DNA of 64,000 bases, taken from Camelus ferus (Eukaryota). Each line of letters begins with the position of its first letter. Position 1 is the stretch's first letter. The notes under the pieces were generated by a model, which saw only the letters and a list, made by a program, of their open reading frames with translations, did not search any database and was not told where the DNA came from. The stretch is from the NCBI RefSeq assembly GCF_009834535.1, contig NC_045707.1, positions 20,274,001 to 20,338,000 of the forward strand, written 5' to 3'. Below are positions 47,531 to 61,050 of the stretch, in pieces. Both the position numbers and the translations under genes were made by a program.

Positions 47531-47582
47531 TATTATATTATTATCATTACTACTACTACTATTATTATTAATTATTATTATA
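47531..47582. repeat. Compound (TAT)/(TAC) trinucleotide repeat
   Basis: Direct read. Confidence 0.8.
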
Positions 47583-48939
47583 CAAGGGTGGTAGCTAGAG
47601 AAACACATCTGGAGATTAGGAAAAATAATGCCTTGGACCAGGAAGGCATAAATTCTAGGGACTCCCAGCAGCAGTGAAGCCCAGTTGTATACCTTCCCTC
47701 TTGTGTCATATCTCAGGCACAGACATGTAGTATCAGGATCCTGCACTTTGCCTCTGGGAGTGTGAGGAGGTGGCTATAGAAACTAGACTGTCAGGGTCCA
47801 AGGACATCCCTGGGCTGAGACACTGGCCATAAGGGCTCCTGGGTTGTTTTTTTTTTCCAGTTGTCCAGGGTCTTAAAAACCTGGAATGAGTTCAGTTTTG
47901 TCCTTCTCCATCCCAACCCCGAGGCTATAACCTGGGCTAGTTCAGGCGAGTGCCAGGGCTGGGAGGGCGGGGTCTGCTGCCCGCCCGCCAGCTATTTGTG
48001 ACTCACGCTTCCCTTCCCTCCTGTTTTCCCTGCTTGCCCCTACAAACTTGGGGGTCAGAAAGTAAGAAGTTGACTTGGAGGCAGAGTATCCTGAACATCT
48101 TTAGAGCTGGGAGGCACCAACGCTCTTATTTTACAGAGGAGGAAACTGAGGCCCAGAGAAAAAGCAACTCTTTCAGGGTCACACCCAGACTCGAGACATC
48201 CTGTCCTTAGTCCATTCGATTAAATCTTAGTGCCTCTGGTCTTCTAGATCTTATTTTAAACATGAAAATTACTGGTAACCAAGAGAGAAATATGATTTTT
48301 AAAACCAGTGCTAACATTTCAAGTTTCCTTCTTCATTTCAACATTCATTGCTAACATTCCAAGTCATGTCGGTTTACCATTACTCAAGAATCAGCTATGC
48401 CCCCGGAATACTCAGGCTGACCCAGCAAAACACCCCAAGGAGCAGGCACTCCCCTGATCACCTGGACTTCTCAATCCCTTCACCACACCAGGGCTTGCAA
48501 CCTCCTCCTCTTTCTGAGGACCGAGAGAAGGTCTCATCTTTACTGCCCATTCCTGCTACCCATCAGTGGCTCCTAGAGGGAATCATTTGGCTTGAAGCCT
48601 CAAAATGTGTTAAGCCTCCACAAACGTCGCAGATGGTAGTGTTGCTTGATTAGGAGGGTGGTGTGTGCATGTGAGTGTGTCTGTGTAGGGGGGTGTCATT
48701 ATGTGGTACAGGAGGAAGTTACGATGTTGGCATGGTTGGGGGATGTGGGCTCATACGTTATGAGGTTGAGGAGTTGCCCAGTAACATTTGCATTTCTTCC
48801 CGGCAAAGTTCATTTCCCCCATTTAAAGGAGAAAAGTGGGATTCAGACCCAGGGAGTTTCAGAAACTTCCCGGTGACAGGTGTGGAAAGGAGATGGGTGG
48901 GAAGTTGGAGACCGGGAGGCCAAACAAGAACCCTTCTCT

Positions 48940-49480
48940 ACCCGTGCAGCTCTGTGGAGGTTCCAGAACGGACTTTCCTCCGACTCGCGTCTCTATGAGC
49001 CGGCTTCAGCATCCGTCCGAGTGATCGGGAGAGATGCGGGGGAAGGTCTGGGGGAAAAGCAGCCTACGGGGTTCTGAGCCAGCCCTCCCGCTGCCCCCAG
49101 CTCCTGGCGCAAACCCTTCTAGCTGCCCGCTCCAGCTGTCACGCTTCCTCCTTCTCGGCCCAGCAGCCCTACCCCAGCCCCTGGGGCGTCCCCTCCCGCG
49201 GCCCCCGTCCCCGCCTGCTCCGGAGCGGGAGGACTGGAGGCGGCGGGGGGCTCGCGGGGTCTCTACCTTGCCGGCGGAGGGCGCGCGGTCGGAGCTGGAG
49301 CGCCGGCGCGGGAGCTGGAGCCTGAGCTGGGCTGGAGGGGACGGGCCAGGCAGACGCGGCCGCCGCGGGGCCGCCCCGCTCCTGACGACACAGCTGCCCG
49401 CCCCCCACCCCGGCCCGCCCGCCCGCGCCAGCTCCCGGCGCCCCCAACTTCGGGAACTTCTAGTTCACCAGACCCGAGTC
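48940..49480 (-). promoter_or_regulatory. DGKA: CpG island, probable upstream DGKA promoter and non-coding first exon
   Basis: CpG/GC-rich with multiple GC boxes; candidate minus-strand donor AAG|GTAGAG at 49267; lies between the DGKA CDS and PYM1. Confidence 0.55.
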
Positions 49481-52279
49481 TCCCCTCCCCCGAATATCTC
49501 CAGGGCTCTAATTTGTGCCACTTTCTCTACATTCCTGAGCCACTCATTCCTGCCCCGATATAACAGCTCTGTTTTTTTATCTTTCAACCACTCAAAACCG
49601 CTCCCTGCATCCCCAACCCCTGGAGGCCAAGGTTGGAGGCGGGGTCACTGATGGGACAGCTTGTCAGTTGTCCACCCAACTGTCTCACCCTCTCCTAATT
49701 GCTGCCACCTGGGGACTTCTCTTCCCAACTCCTTTCCATCCACCTATGGATTGAATTCATACTCAGGAGATGCTGTAGCAGCAAGGCCAGAGTTCCAGAC
49801 TCCACATCCTAAAACCAAACACCCACCCTGCCACCATGGGCTCCACTGCTTGACACTATCTGAAAGAATCTGGCCATCTTTGCCTCCTCACCTAGGTTAA
49901 ACCCAAACCCTAGATGTCAGGGATTTGTTTTCCCCAGGCTAAGGACAACTTCTTCTCTCAAGACTCAGATTCTTCCCTTAATTCTCGGGTTGAGGTTTAG
50001 GTGCAAACAGCATTCTGGTCTGTGTCCACCCTTTCTTCATGCCCAAACCCTCCCACTTTACCTGCTGGCCTCAGCAGGTGGTATGGAAGGCCCTGGCCAC
50101 AAATCAGGGTGAAAGGAGATCCTTTCAGCTTCTTCTGTCTGGAATCTGTTCTGGAGTTGTTACAGCTCTTGGGGCAGCATGGATGCTGGTAGAGCAAGGG
50201 TGAAAGACAGAGGCCTAGGGCCTTACTGGTAGGAACTGGGGACCCAGGCATCCTGCTCCCTGGCCCCGCCCTAACCCCCATCTAACCCCCTCCTACCTTT
50301 CATTGAAATAGGGCACAGTAACAAAGGCTTGAGTTCCTGGAATCTTCCCTCGTACACCTAGTGATGGAAGAGTGGGGAGGGGAGAACTCTGATTGGAAAG
50401 GTATATGTCCGTGTTGTGCATATGTTGTGTTTGTATGTACACACATACAAACACACATAATATAGACATACTTTTGGTGGGGGTTGGAGAGAAGGAATGA
50501 ATACATGAGGCCCTCTAGTGGAAACAGAGGGATCTAAGCAGTTCTCAGACTGTTTCAAGATATCCTTGTCGGAAGAGAATCCTCCATTTTTGTTAGAAAT
50601 ATAGCTGCTGAGTAATAGGGTTTGGGAGTATTGTGGTTGCATCTGAACTGGAGATCTGAGGCAGGGGTTGGAGAGGGCCTGTCTCTCTGCTCCTCTCCCC
50701 TCTAATCTTAAAAAGATAAGGACCCTGCCACTCCCCATCCTTCATCTTCCCTTCCTACGTGACCTCCTTAGTCATGGAATCATAAGAACTTTTGAAGACT
50801 TATTATGCCCAGGTCCTGTACTTAGTTCTGCAGGACAGCCAAAAGCATAGCCCAGCTTATGGACTGCACCAGAGAGTGGCTTGGTGTGTGTGGGTATGTG
50901 TGTAAAGCCTCACCACTAAAAGCCATCCTAAACAAACATAGAATTTAAGTAAGAACAAGTACCCTAGCCCCTCTTCCAACCAGTTTTCTGCCCCTGAACC
51001 CCTCATCTAGGAATCCTGGAATGACACTGATCCTTAAGGTACTCAGCTTTCCTTACAAGTAACTCCTGCAGTGCTACCACTCTATTTATGGCCTGTGTTT
51101 CTCACTCTGTAATCCTCAGCTATGTTCCTACATGAAGTTAAAGATGCCTCTTCTAAGACATTTTTTGAGACTTCAATGCGGGGCCTGAGGTGATCTCTCT
51201 AATAAGGAATAAGATGGAATCAGTCATACTCTAGGCTTGCGTCTTCTTTAGGATCTGTGCTCCATCATACCCCAGTCAGTTATGGGTGGGGGTGGGAGGA
51301 AGAAAGGCCAAGAAACATCTAAGGAGGAGGCGTCTAATGCCTACAGTTCCAGGTGCTCATGTCTTTAATCAACCACATCATAAAAATCAGAAAGAAAGAA
51401 ACCGCAGTGAACAAAGGGAAAGGAAAAAACAACAGCCTTGTTCTCCTCAGCCTCTTAGCTCTCCTCTTCCTCCTCAGGGTGGGGGGGCCATATCCGGGGT
51501 TCAGGGCTGGGTCCCAGGCAGGTCTGCTAGGCAGACATTGAGTTTCACTTCCTGTCAACCCCAGAGCTGAGGCAGGATGGAGGGGGGCGTAGTGGGGGGC
51601 CTAGAGGTGGGTAGTCAACAGGGGCCACGTTTCTTGCAAAAAAAGGTCCACTGAGCAGCCCACTAGTACTAGTACTCTAGGCCTCCTCAGGTAGTACAGT
51701 CGGGACTAATGTAACTCTCTAGCTTTTAGAAGCTTCAGCTCACCCTTACCTCTAATTGCTAGTAACAAGGCTATTGACAGGATGCTAGATCCGCAGGGCT
51801 GAAGCACTACCGGTGAAAGAAGGGCAAGGGTTAAGGATGGCAGTGTTAAAACACTTGCAGTAACTGTGAATGCAAATCAGTTTTTAAATGAATCTTTTTG
51901 AGCTCTTGTGAGTTGAGCCTTTGGTGGAATTCAGAAAGGTGGAGTATGGGAGGACAAGCTGTGACCCCAGAAAATCTCTGAAGCTTCATATCAAAGCTTT
52001 AGGAAGTTCCTAGTCAGCCATTGCTCTGTTTTGTTTGTTGTTGTTGTTGTTCATTTGTTTTATAAATGGGACATACAGCCTAGCGTTGGAGGTGGTCCCT
52101 AAGCGGTTCCGTTGGATATTAACCTCAGCCAAAGTTGGGGGTTTGGAGGAAGGTAGAAGGGTTGATAAGGAAAAAGCAACGTCGGGGGAAGGGGTGGGCA
52201 GACACCTGAGGAGAGAAACCTGCAGCTGGCCCCTCCTAGGCTGTAGGGGAAACGAGTTTAGCAGGACTTAGCCCAGAAG

Positions 52280-53530
52280 GAAAAAGAGCTGCTGAAAAGA
52301 GCGGGGGAGGGAGAACATTTGGGTTCGTCTAAAGAATAGGGAGGCGCGGGGCAGGGCAGTGCTGCAAAGGGAGTGACCGACCGTACGGCTCGGATTTTTG
52401 GCGTGTTGCCCTGCTTTCGATCCCCAGCGCCCAGACACACGGACAAGGTTAATAAGAATACTAACTGGGTCCGCCCAGAAGCCTTCAACTTGCCCTCTGA
52501 CCCTGGGGCCAAACCCGAGGAGGCTCCCGGGGTCGAAGGCCAGAACAAACTTGGGCTGTCAGCACTTCGCCGCCGAGTCCTGGGGCCGCCCGAGGGGCAG
52601 GGCTAGCCCAGGGCTGCCCGCCCAGCCCGGCCAGGCCCGGCGCCTCCTCAGCCATAGAAGCCGCCAGCAACCCTGAGGTTCAGGGACCGGTGACCAGCCG
52701 GCAGCGCTTTCTGCCCCAGCACGCCCCTCTCGCGGATCTCTGTCCGGAGGTCGAGCTGAGCGGCCAAGGGCAATCGGCAAGCGATTTCGACCTCCCCACC
52801 TTCTAAGAGAGGGTCAGTTGGGGTCTTGCGTTCGCCCCTAACATTGGTGCGCCCCAGTGCGTTCCCGGAGTTGGCCTGCCCCGCCCCATGTCCCCAAGTT
52901 GCTCTGGGACCTGGGTTCAGGCCAGGGTCTGAATATTCTTTTCCTCATCTATTAGCGACTCCCCCTTTCTGGGTGCAGATGGGCCTTGCCCCCTTTTCTC
53001 CCGCAGGTCCTAGACGGACGAAGAATGCCTGTGAGGAGAGGGGCTGTGCCTCGGCACTTCTCTCGGCGCCCAGAGAACTGCTATACACGCAGCAGGACCT
53101 CAATAATGTTATCAGTGGCATTATCAAGCCCACGGCTCTTATTTTATTAAAGCCTTCAGCTTCTACTCCCTCCTTCTCCACCTCGGTCCATAAAATGGTG
53201 TACTCTCCCTTTAAGACTAAAATGGTGGCTTGNNNNNNNNNNNNNNNNNNNNNNNNNNNNNNNNNNNNNNNNNNNNNNNNNNNNNNNNNNNNNNNNNNNN
53301 NNNNNNNNNNNNNNNNNNNNNNNNNNNNNNNNNNNNNNNNNNNNNNNNNNNNNNNNNNNNNNNNNNNNNNNNTTCTCCCCGGGCTCTCGGGGCAGGGGTT
53401 CGGACTTGGAAAGGGGTCTGTGCCCCGCCCATCCCGGGGCCCATCCTTTGCCCCGCCCTCCGGACCGCCTTCCCCATTCATTCTCCCCTACGGGGTGTCA
53501 CCTGCGCCCCCTTTTGGTCTCGAGTTTGGG
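52280..53530 (+). promoter_or_regulatory. PYM1: PYM1 (WIBG) CpG-island promoter and 5' exon region
   Basis: CpG island at the syntenic position of PYM1, head-to-head with DGKA. 52654-52689 translates (I)EAASNPEVQGP, resembling human exon-1 MEAAGSPAATET. Confidence 0.65.
53233..53372. other. Assembly gap (140 N)
   Basis: N run inside the PYM1 CpG island. Confidence 1.
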
Positions 53531-55909
53531 GGTCTCCGCTTCCGGTCACCCAAACCCTGGGGTTCTTCAATGCTGGTCCTTGCTCCAGGACCCTCACTGG
53601 CCCTTAACTTTTCTCCAGCAGTTGGAGCTCCCATATCTCTTTTGGGTTCTTCAGCCTTGGGGACTCCTCCACCCTCAGTTCCCTCCAAATCCTGCTCGCC
53701 CCCTTCCCCTCCCCCATCTCTTAGTATGCCTGCTTTCTGCCCTACCCTAGCCCCGTTTTAATTCTTTTTCTCGAAGCTGTATCTGTTGGAAACCTCCTCG
53801 TTGCTACATAGTGCTTTTTCCACTATCTTCCTCATCTTTATTGTTGGATCACTGAGGTCTAGAGGTATGAAGGGAAGAGGAACCTAATACAACTTTCAGC
53901 TTGAGTTTTCTCCTTGATGGCACCAGCCTTCTGTCCCTTCTCTGGTGTTGGTGATAGGAGTTGAGAGATCTCAGGTGCAAAAAGGCAAATAGGAAGGTGT
54001 CTAGTGGCCTCTCAAGCTCTCTGACAAGCTGGTAGAATCTACTATTACTTCTGGCTAGAGAAGAGTTTCCAGCCTGGCTGCTTGAGATGCTGAACTGTCT
54101 GCTGTGTGTGTGAGAATTATGTGTTGAAAATTGAGAATCAAGATTTTCATTTTGGCTTTCCCATTATAATTTCATCTTTAAAAAAATGGGCATAGTAATA
54201 TCTACTCATTGATGATAAATAAGATAGTATATATGAAAGCAACTTATAAAAATGCTGTGCAAGGCAAGATGTTACTGTTTTTTGTAGCCCTCATTGTGTA
54301 TGTATATCCTGTAGAAGTGACAGTGTGTGTGTGCATGTGTGTGTGTGCACGCGTGCTTTGGTACATGCAGACTGTTCTAAAATGTGTCGTTTTGCTTTGC
54401 TGTTTTCCATGTTACTTACCTCTCAACCCACCTCTCCTATGGTATCTATGACAACTCAAGTCTTTGATACTTCTCTGCAACCTCACATTTCAAAGTGGTA
54501 CCACCTCTTCCTCTGCTGTCTACATAGTAGGTCCTTCTTCAACCAGCTCCCTTTAATGTGTGCTTTGAAAATATTACTCATTGTCCAGTACACGTCTCCT
54601 TATTCTGTTTTCTTTAAACTGATTTAATGAAAATCCAGATATCACATCTCACCCTACCCTCCCACCAAGAAGCATCTTCTGTTTTCTATGACAATGTGGA
54701 AGAGGAGGAATCACACTGCTATTTTGCTTTCCCTTACTACTTCCAGATCATCGATCCACCACTATCACTCTCATCCTCGTGGAAGATGCTGCCATGCAAT
54801 TATAGCATTTTCTCTAAAACCTCAAGGGCCATCATTTACTGCCCACAAGGACCCAGATGTATCCGATCATATTTTTTTTCTCCATTCTGTTTCTCAGTGT
54901 CTACACTCATTCTCAGTGTCTCCAGCATGTTTGGAATACTCTTATCTTATAGTTCCTCAGCATGAGACCATTGACTTTCCTTTGAGTTTTGAAACCAACT
55001 ACACATCAAAATCACTACAATCTGGACCTACCTACTACATAGGACCTCACCTATGACACTGCTTCTGCCTTTAGGTCCTCTCCATCTCTCACTTTAACCT
55101 CCTTACCCAATAACCATTTTTACTGCATCACACTCACAGAATCAGATTTTGTCCTCCTTAGGTTCTCTGGTCCTTTACCTTTCCCATTTCATTGAGTCTT
55201 CCATTTCTTTCATGACTAATTTTGAGGCCCCCATCTAGACCTCTGTAACCAGTCACTTGATGCTGTCCTCATTGTTTTCTTCCTTCATTTTGATCTTCTA
55301 TACTAAGCAAGCACTTCTGTTATCTTGAATCATACCCATCAACTGTTTTCTTGGCTTCTGCTTCTAGGCCACAGCACGTGGGTAGAGAAAAGACACAGAC
55401 AGTTGCACATTCAATACAATGTAACTTAATGTTAACTTCTGCCAACATCACAGCTTCTGTCCAATTCTTCTTTCTTGGTTTGCTTGCATTCTACCATGGC
55501 TATTTTCCCTACCTTTCTCAGCTCTCTGTAACCTTCAGTTTTAAATCTCCTTCTTGTGGCAAATGACCTCACTTTTTATTTCACTGAGAAATCAAGGTCT
55601 GTCATTTCTCTTTCTTACCTGTTCATAGCCTGATTTCTTGAATATCAGGTCCACACATACTATTTCCATTTCCTTACTGCTTATTTGTTTCTTAACTCTT
55701 TACAGTGATTTATTTCTAGCACCAGCCTCTCTCTTGAGTTGCCAGTTCCCTTTTCTGATTGTTTGGTGACTAGCTTTCATTCTTAGATGTACTGTCACAC
55801 CTTAAATCCAGTCTGACCAAAATCAGTATCAGTTTTTCCTTCCTTGTTTCTGTTAAAGGCAGTACTGTTCTAGCTAAACCAAGATCAACTTTTTGCATCA
55901 TTTCTCTCT

Positions 55910-57170
55910 CTCTTTTTAAAAATTTTATATAGACTTTATTTTTTAGGACAGATTTAGATTTGTAGGAAAATTGAGAAAATGATATAATTCCCGTATACCT
56001 TTTTTCAGCTTCCCCTGTTATTAACATGTTACATTAGTATGGTGTCATTATTGCAGTTGATGAACCAGTATTGATACCTTGTTATAAACTAAGGTTCATA
56101 CATTATTCAGATTTCCTTTTTTGAGGGGTAATTTTAGGTTTATTTATTTGCTTATTTTTAGAGGTCCTGGGGATTGAACCCAGGCCCTTGTGTATGCTAA
56201 GCATGTGCTTTACTGCTTGAGCTATATCCTCCCTACCAGATTCCTTTATTTTTTACCTAGTTTTTTTTTTTTTTTTTTTTTTTTTTTCCTGTTTCAGTAT
56301 CCCACTCAGTATAGCTTATTACATTTAGTTCTCATGTCTCCTTTACTCCTGTTGGCTGTGACAGTTTCTCAGACTTTCCTTGTTTTTGATGGTCTTGACA
56401 GTTTTGAGGAGTATTGGTCAGGTATTTTTGTTGGCTGCCCCTCTGCTGGAATTTGATGTTTTTCTCATGATTATAGTGGGGTTGTGTACTTTTTAGGGGA
56501 CAACCTTAGAAGTAAAGTAACATTTTCATCATATCATACAGGGATACATAGTTCATATTTTACAGGGATACACAGTATCACAATGATTTTTTTACTCTTG
56601 ATATTTAGCATGCTCTTCCTGCTGAGGTAGCGTTAAGGTTTCTCCACTATAAAGTTACTTTTTTCCTCTCTCCGTTCCATTTTGTACTCTTTAGAAGAAA
56701 ATCACTATTCACAGCCCACACTTGAAGAGTAGGGAGTTATGCTCTCTTCCTTAAGGATGGAGTATTTATTTATACACATCATTTGGAATTCTGCACAGGA
56801 GGTTTGTCTCTTCTTCCTCATTTATTTATTCAATCACTTATTTATATCAGTTTGAACTTTGAGTTATTATATTTATTTTATTGCTCAAACATTCCAGCTT
56901 TGGACATTGGGAGCTCTTTAGTTGGCCCCATGACCCTTTGACATACTGCCATCAGTGTAGGGTTTTTTTTGTTTTTTGTTTTTCCTCTTTTTTTTTTTTT
57001 TTTTTTTTTTAAAAGCTCTTCCTTACTTTCTGGCCCTAGAAGATGCTCCAGCCTCATCTTGCATATTTCCTGTCCCAGTCTAAGAATGAGTCATTTCTCC
57101 AAGGAGGCTTTGTTCCCTTTATTGAAGAGTGATACAGGAAACCAAGATCAGAGCACTAGGTGTTTTTGTT
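55910..57170 (-). mobile_element. Old LINE-1 3' region fragment (antisense)
   Basis: T-rich L1M 3'UTR-like sequence (actttattttttag, cccctgttattaacat, ttacatttagtt), interrupted by a SINE. Confidence 0.6.
56117..56235 (-). mobile_element. Camelid tRNA-derived SINE nested in an L1 fragment
   Basis: Same head and tail as the other copies; flanked by cagat(t)tccttt duplication. Confidence 0.85.
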
Positions 57171-57755
57171 GCTAGTAACAAAATTAACTGGGGTGTTGTT
57201 TTTGCATTGTCTTTTACTCCCTCCTCACCGGCCCCTGTTGTCAAAACATCATTCTTCTGTTCCTACTGCTGTTACCCTTATTCCATCTTCAATACTTGTT
57301 AACTATGTGGCCTTAGGAATTTTAAGCCTAGGGAATCCAAGCCTTAGTTTTCTCATCAATAAATAGGAATAATAACTCCTACAATATAGGATTATTGTGA
57401 GAATTAAAATTTAAGTGATATAATGTACACGTCTAGCACATAGAAAGTGCCCAAGAAATGGTTCTGTAATTATTATTGTTATGTAAAGATTATTGTGTGG
57501 ATTAGAAGAGATTATATATGTAAAGTATCAGGCATAATACTTTGGTTATTCTAAGTGTTTGATAAAATTTTAGTTTCCTTTATCCTGCAGATATTGCTGT
57601 GACAACAAATAGTTGTCCTACCTCTGTCACTCTCTCTAGTCCAGTTCATTTGACACACCATTACCAGATTACTGCTCCTTAAGTACAAACTTAATTGTGT
57701 AATTTTTGTTCAATATAATTCATTCAGAGTCCTCTGTTAAATTGGGCATATACCA

Positions 57756-57902
57756 GGGGGAGGCTTTAGCTCAGTGGTAGAGTGCATGCTTATCATGCAC
57801 AAGGTCTGGGTTCAATCCCCAGGACCTCTATTTAAATTAAAAATTTTAAAAAAATGTAATTAAACCTAATTACCTCTTCCCCAAAACAAAAGCTAAAAAA
57901 AA
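57756..57902 (+). mobile_element. Camelid tRNA-derived SINE
   Basis: GGGGGAGGCTTTAGCTCAGTGGTAGAG...GGGTTCAATCCCCAGGACCTC...AAACCTAATTACCTC with A-rich tail. Confidence 0.85.
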
Positions 57903-58390
57903 TTTATTAAAAAATTGGCATAGATCCTTCTGATATTTATTTTTCTGTGCATTTTAAAATCAGACAGTATATATATTTTTATGTGTTGCCTTTTCATAGC
58001 AACACATAAAATGTTTCTCTTTGTTATTAAAAACTCTTTGTAAACATCTTTTGAAATACTGGCAGAGTGTTTTATTGTTTGGGCATGCACCTTCTCTTAC
58101 CAATTTTCTGTTATTGGACTTCTAGACTGTTTCCAGAATTTTTGTTATAAGAACTATATGAATATTTTTGTGCGTAAATTTTTGTCTGCATTTAGGGTTA
58201 TTTTCTTAGGATAGATTTTCCAGAAGTAGAATTACTGGATTGGAGGGTACAAACTTTTATTTATTTTTAATTAATTAAAAAATTAATTCCTACTGATTGT
58301 AGAAAACTTGGAAAATATTTTCATAACTAGTATATTATATAAGTCACATGTGTGTTTGGTAATTCCAGAACCCAAAGATAACTACATTTA

Positions 58391-58526
58391 NNNNNNNNNN
58401 NNNNNNNNNNNNNNNNNNNNNNNNNNNNNNNNNNNNNNNNNNNNNNNNNNNNNNNNNNNNNNNNNNNNNNNNNNNNNNNNNNNNNNNNNNNNNNNNNNNN
58501 NNNNNNNNNNNNNNNNNNNNNNNNNN
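58391..58526. other. Assembly gap (136 N)
   Basis: N run in PYM1 intron 1. Confidence 1.
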
Positions 58527-58550
58527 CATAATTGTGATTGTACCGAATGG

Positions 58551-58886
58551 CTGTACTTCCCAAAATACGATCCTTGAAACAATTAGAAGTTCTGTGAGAA
58601 GGGATATAAAATAAAAATCTAAAAAATAAAATGATATAAAAATAAGATTCCTGTAGTCAAATAAATTTGGGAAACACAGTGATGAACTACATTTACATCT
58701 TAATACTCACATGAATAAGAACATAGCTTATTTTAAGTCTTACTGATAAAAAACAGAATCTTTTTTTTTTTTTTTTTAATGTTTAACCCAGAATTTCCAA
58801 ACCTTATTTAACAGTTCTTTTGGACATTCCTTGCTAATATCTTACGGAAGTAGTATTTTATCTAACAAAACCTTTGGGAAATACTG
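58551..58886. mobile_element. hAT-Charlie-type MITE
   Basis: TIRs ctgtacttcccaaa / tttgggaaatactg. Confidence 0.55.
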
Positions 58887-60230
58887 CTATATGAGAGGAC
58901 CACCTCACTCTCTTAGTACTAGTTAGTTGTTAGTAGTTAGCTTAGCGTTGGTTTATGTAGCCAGATTGCTTTCTAAAGGGTTTTACCACTGACAATGATT
59001 GTTTTAATTTGTATTTCCTTTGATTATTAGTGATGTTGAACTTCTTGGTATCTTTTTCATTTATAACACAATACACAGTAATAATGTAAAAAGCAGTGCC
59101 TTTGAAACCCACAGCCTCATTTTGAATTCTGCTGCAGTTTACTGACATTGTAACTTCAGGCAAGTTATTAAATTTCTCATCATCTGGAATAAGCCTTCAT
59201 GGAGTTGTGAGAATGAAATAAGATCATGTATATAAACACCGTCCTTGGCATGAAGCAAAGCACTCAGTAAAAAGGTGCTGTTATCTTTTTGGAATGGACT
59301 GTCAAATTTACATACGGACAATTTGCTCTTTCATTCAAGATACTCCTCTCTAGTATGAGCACAAACCACTTTCCAATACAGTATCATCACATCTCTGCCT
59401 AAACCCTCCAGGGAAACTGGGTTGTACAGTATAAAGCAGGTGGAACAGCAGTATGCTGGTATGTAAGCTTCAGCATCAGAACTGAGTTCAGATCGCAGCT
59501 ACATGCTACCCTTGTGATCTTGGACATATCTTTACTTCTTGAAGACTCTGCCTCAGCGGCTGTGGGTGATAGTAATCTATGCATTATCTCGATTCAGTGA
59601 GGTGGTGGATGTAAAGTTCCTGGTGTAATGGAGCTCCTTATGTTCTTTCCTGATTGTTCTTAACATACTGTGAGTTTTAGCCTGCCATGATTTTGCTTGT
59701 TGTTATTCCTCTTAGAATGCCCTTTCCCTTCCTTTCTCTGCCTGCAGAAGTATCAGCCGTTCCTTTATTGTTGATATCATTACTAGTACTACCTAGTCTT
59801 TAAGATTAAGTCCCTGAGATTTTCCTAATTTCCTGTCACCTTCTCCCATCAAACAGGCTGTGCTTATTTATTCTCTTGAAATCTCTTATTAGTATGTATC
59901 AGTGTCTCTTAGGGATACCTAAGACATGTATATTTTTGTGTGATTCTTTGCCTAACTTGCTCCTACTTCTCCTGACCTAAACTGTAAATTTCTTGAAAGT
60001 GGGGACCATTTTACTGATCTTGATAATCCCCATAGAATGTGGAGTATTTTTCTCATGGGAGGCTTTCAGTAAATGTTTATTACATTTAATTAATTTGTAG
60101 TCTGGCTTCTGCCCACTCTACTTTTCTGAAGCTAAAGTCTTGTACATAATTAGGGATTTCCAAATTGCCAAAATGAATAACCTTTTTCGACTCAGTTCTC
60201 CTTTTTCTTAATCTCTTTGCAGTGTTTTTT

Positions 60231-60372
60231 TTTTAAACATTTTTTTTTATCGAGTTATAGTCATCTTACAATGTTGTGTCAAATTCCAGTGTAGAGCACA
60301 ATTTTTCAGTTATACATGAACATATGTATATTCATTGTCACATTTTTTTTTTTTTCACTGTGAGCTACCACA
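60231..60372 (-). mobile_element. 5'-truncated cetartiodactyl L1 tail
   Basis: ttttttttatcgagttatagtc..ttacaatgttgtgtcaaattccagtgtagagcacaatttttcagttatacat; flanked by tcttt(g/a)cagt. Confidence 0.6.
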
Positions 60373-60910
60373 ATCTTTACAGTATCTATACAGGTAATCA
60401 TCTGCCCTTACTTCAGATCCTTTTGGTCTCCATGGCATAGCACTGTCCTGGTCCTTCTTTTCTAGGATCATTTCCTGGTGTTGCTGACACCTTTTCCTTG
60501 AGGAAGATGACCATGACCATTTTGGAGGGTCATGCCTCCAAGATGGATCTTCTCTTTTTATATTTTCTCTATGTTAGAAACCATGTCTAAGTCTTATCAT
60601 TGTTGGCCCCGAGATCATCCTCAGGCTCAGATCTGTGACCCAGATCTCCTTTCTTAACTTTGAAGCAGGTTCCAGGGATTCAGTACACCTTTTACCAGTT
60701 ACTTCCCCCTAATCCTTTGGAGTCCTCCCAAGATTTGCTGTGTTGTCTCTTCTCTGTCTTCCTGCCAGCCCTGAAAACAAAGCCCTTTTCAGTTTAAGGA
60801 AACAGATTGAGGATTACAAAACAGCAGATGTGAGGAATAACAAAGTTTATGAAGTTCTTATAGTAGCAGTCTCTAACCTCTCGGTTCTGCCTCTCAAAGA
60901 TGCTACCTGA

Positions 60911-61050
60911 GGGGGAGGGTATAGCTCAGTGGTAGAGTGCCTGCTTAGCATGCATGAGGTCCTGGGTTCAATCCCCAGTACTGCCATGCAAATAAATAAA
61001 TAAATAAACCGAATTACCTCCCTGTCTCAAAAAAAAAAAAAAAAAAAAAA
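60911..61050 (+). mobile_element. Camelid tRNA-derived SINE, young copy
   Basis: A box 60922-60932, B box 60965-60975, long pure A tail, 15-bp TSD aaagatgc(t/c)acctga (60896-60910 / 61051-61065). Confidence 0.92.

Noticed and set aside
52826-53761. 311-aa plus-strand ORF (and overlapping 178-aa minus-strand ORF 52945-53481)
   Set aside because: Both run through a 140-N gap that cannot contain stops. The flanks are GC-rich CpG-island sequence with no recognisable domain.
60911-60985. tRNA-like sequence (A and B boxes) here and in four other copies
   Set aside because: These are SINE heads followed by a SINE body, A tail and TSD, not tRNA genes.
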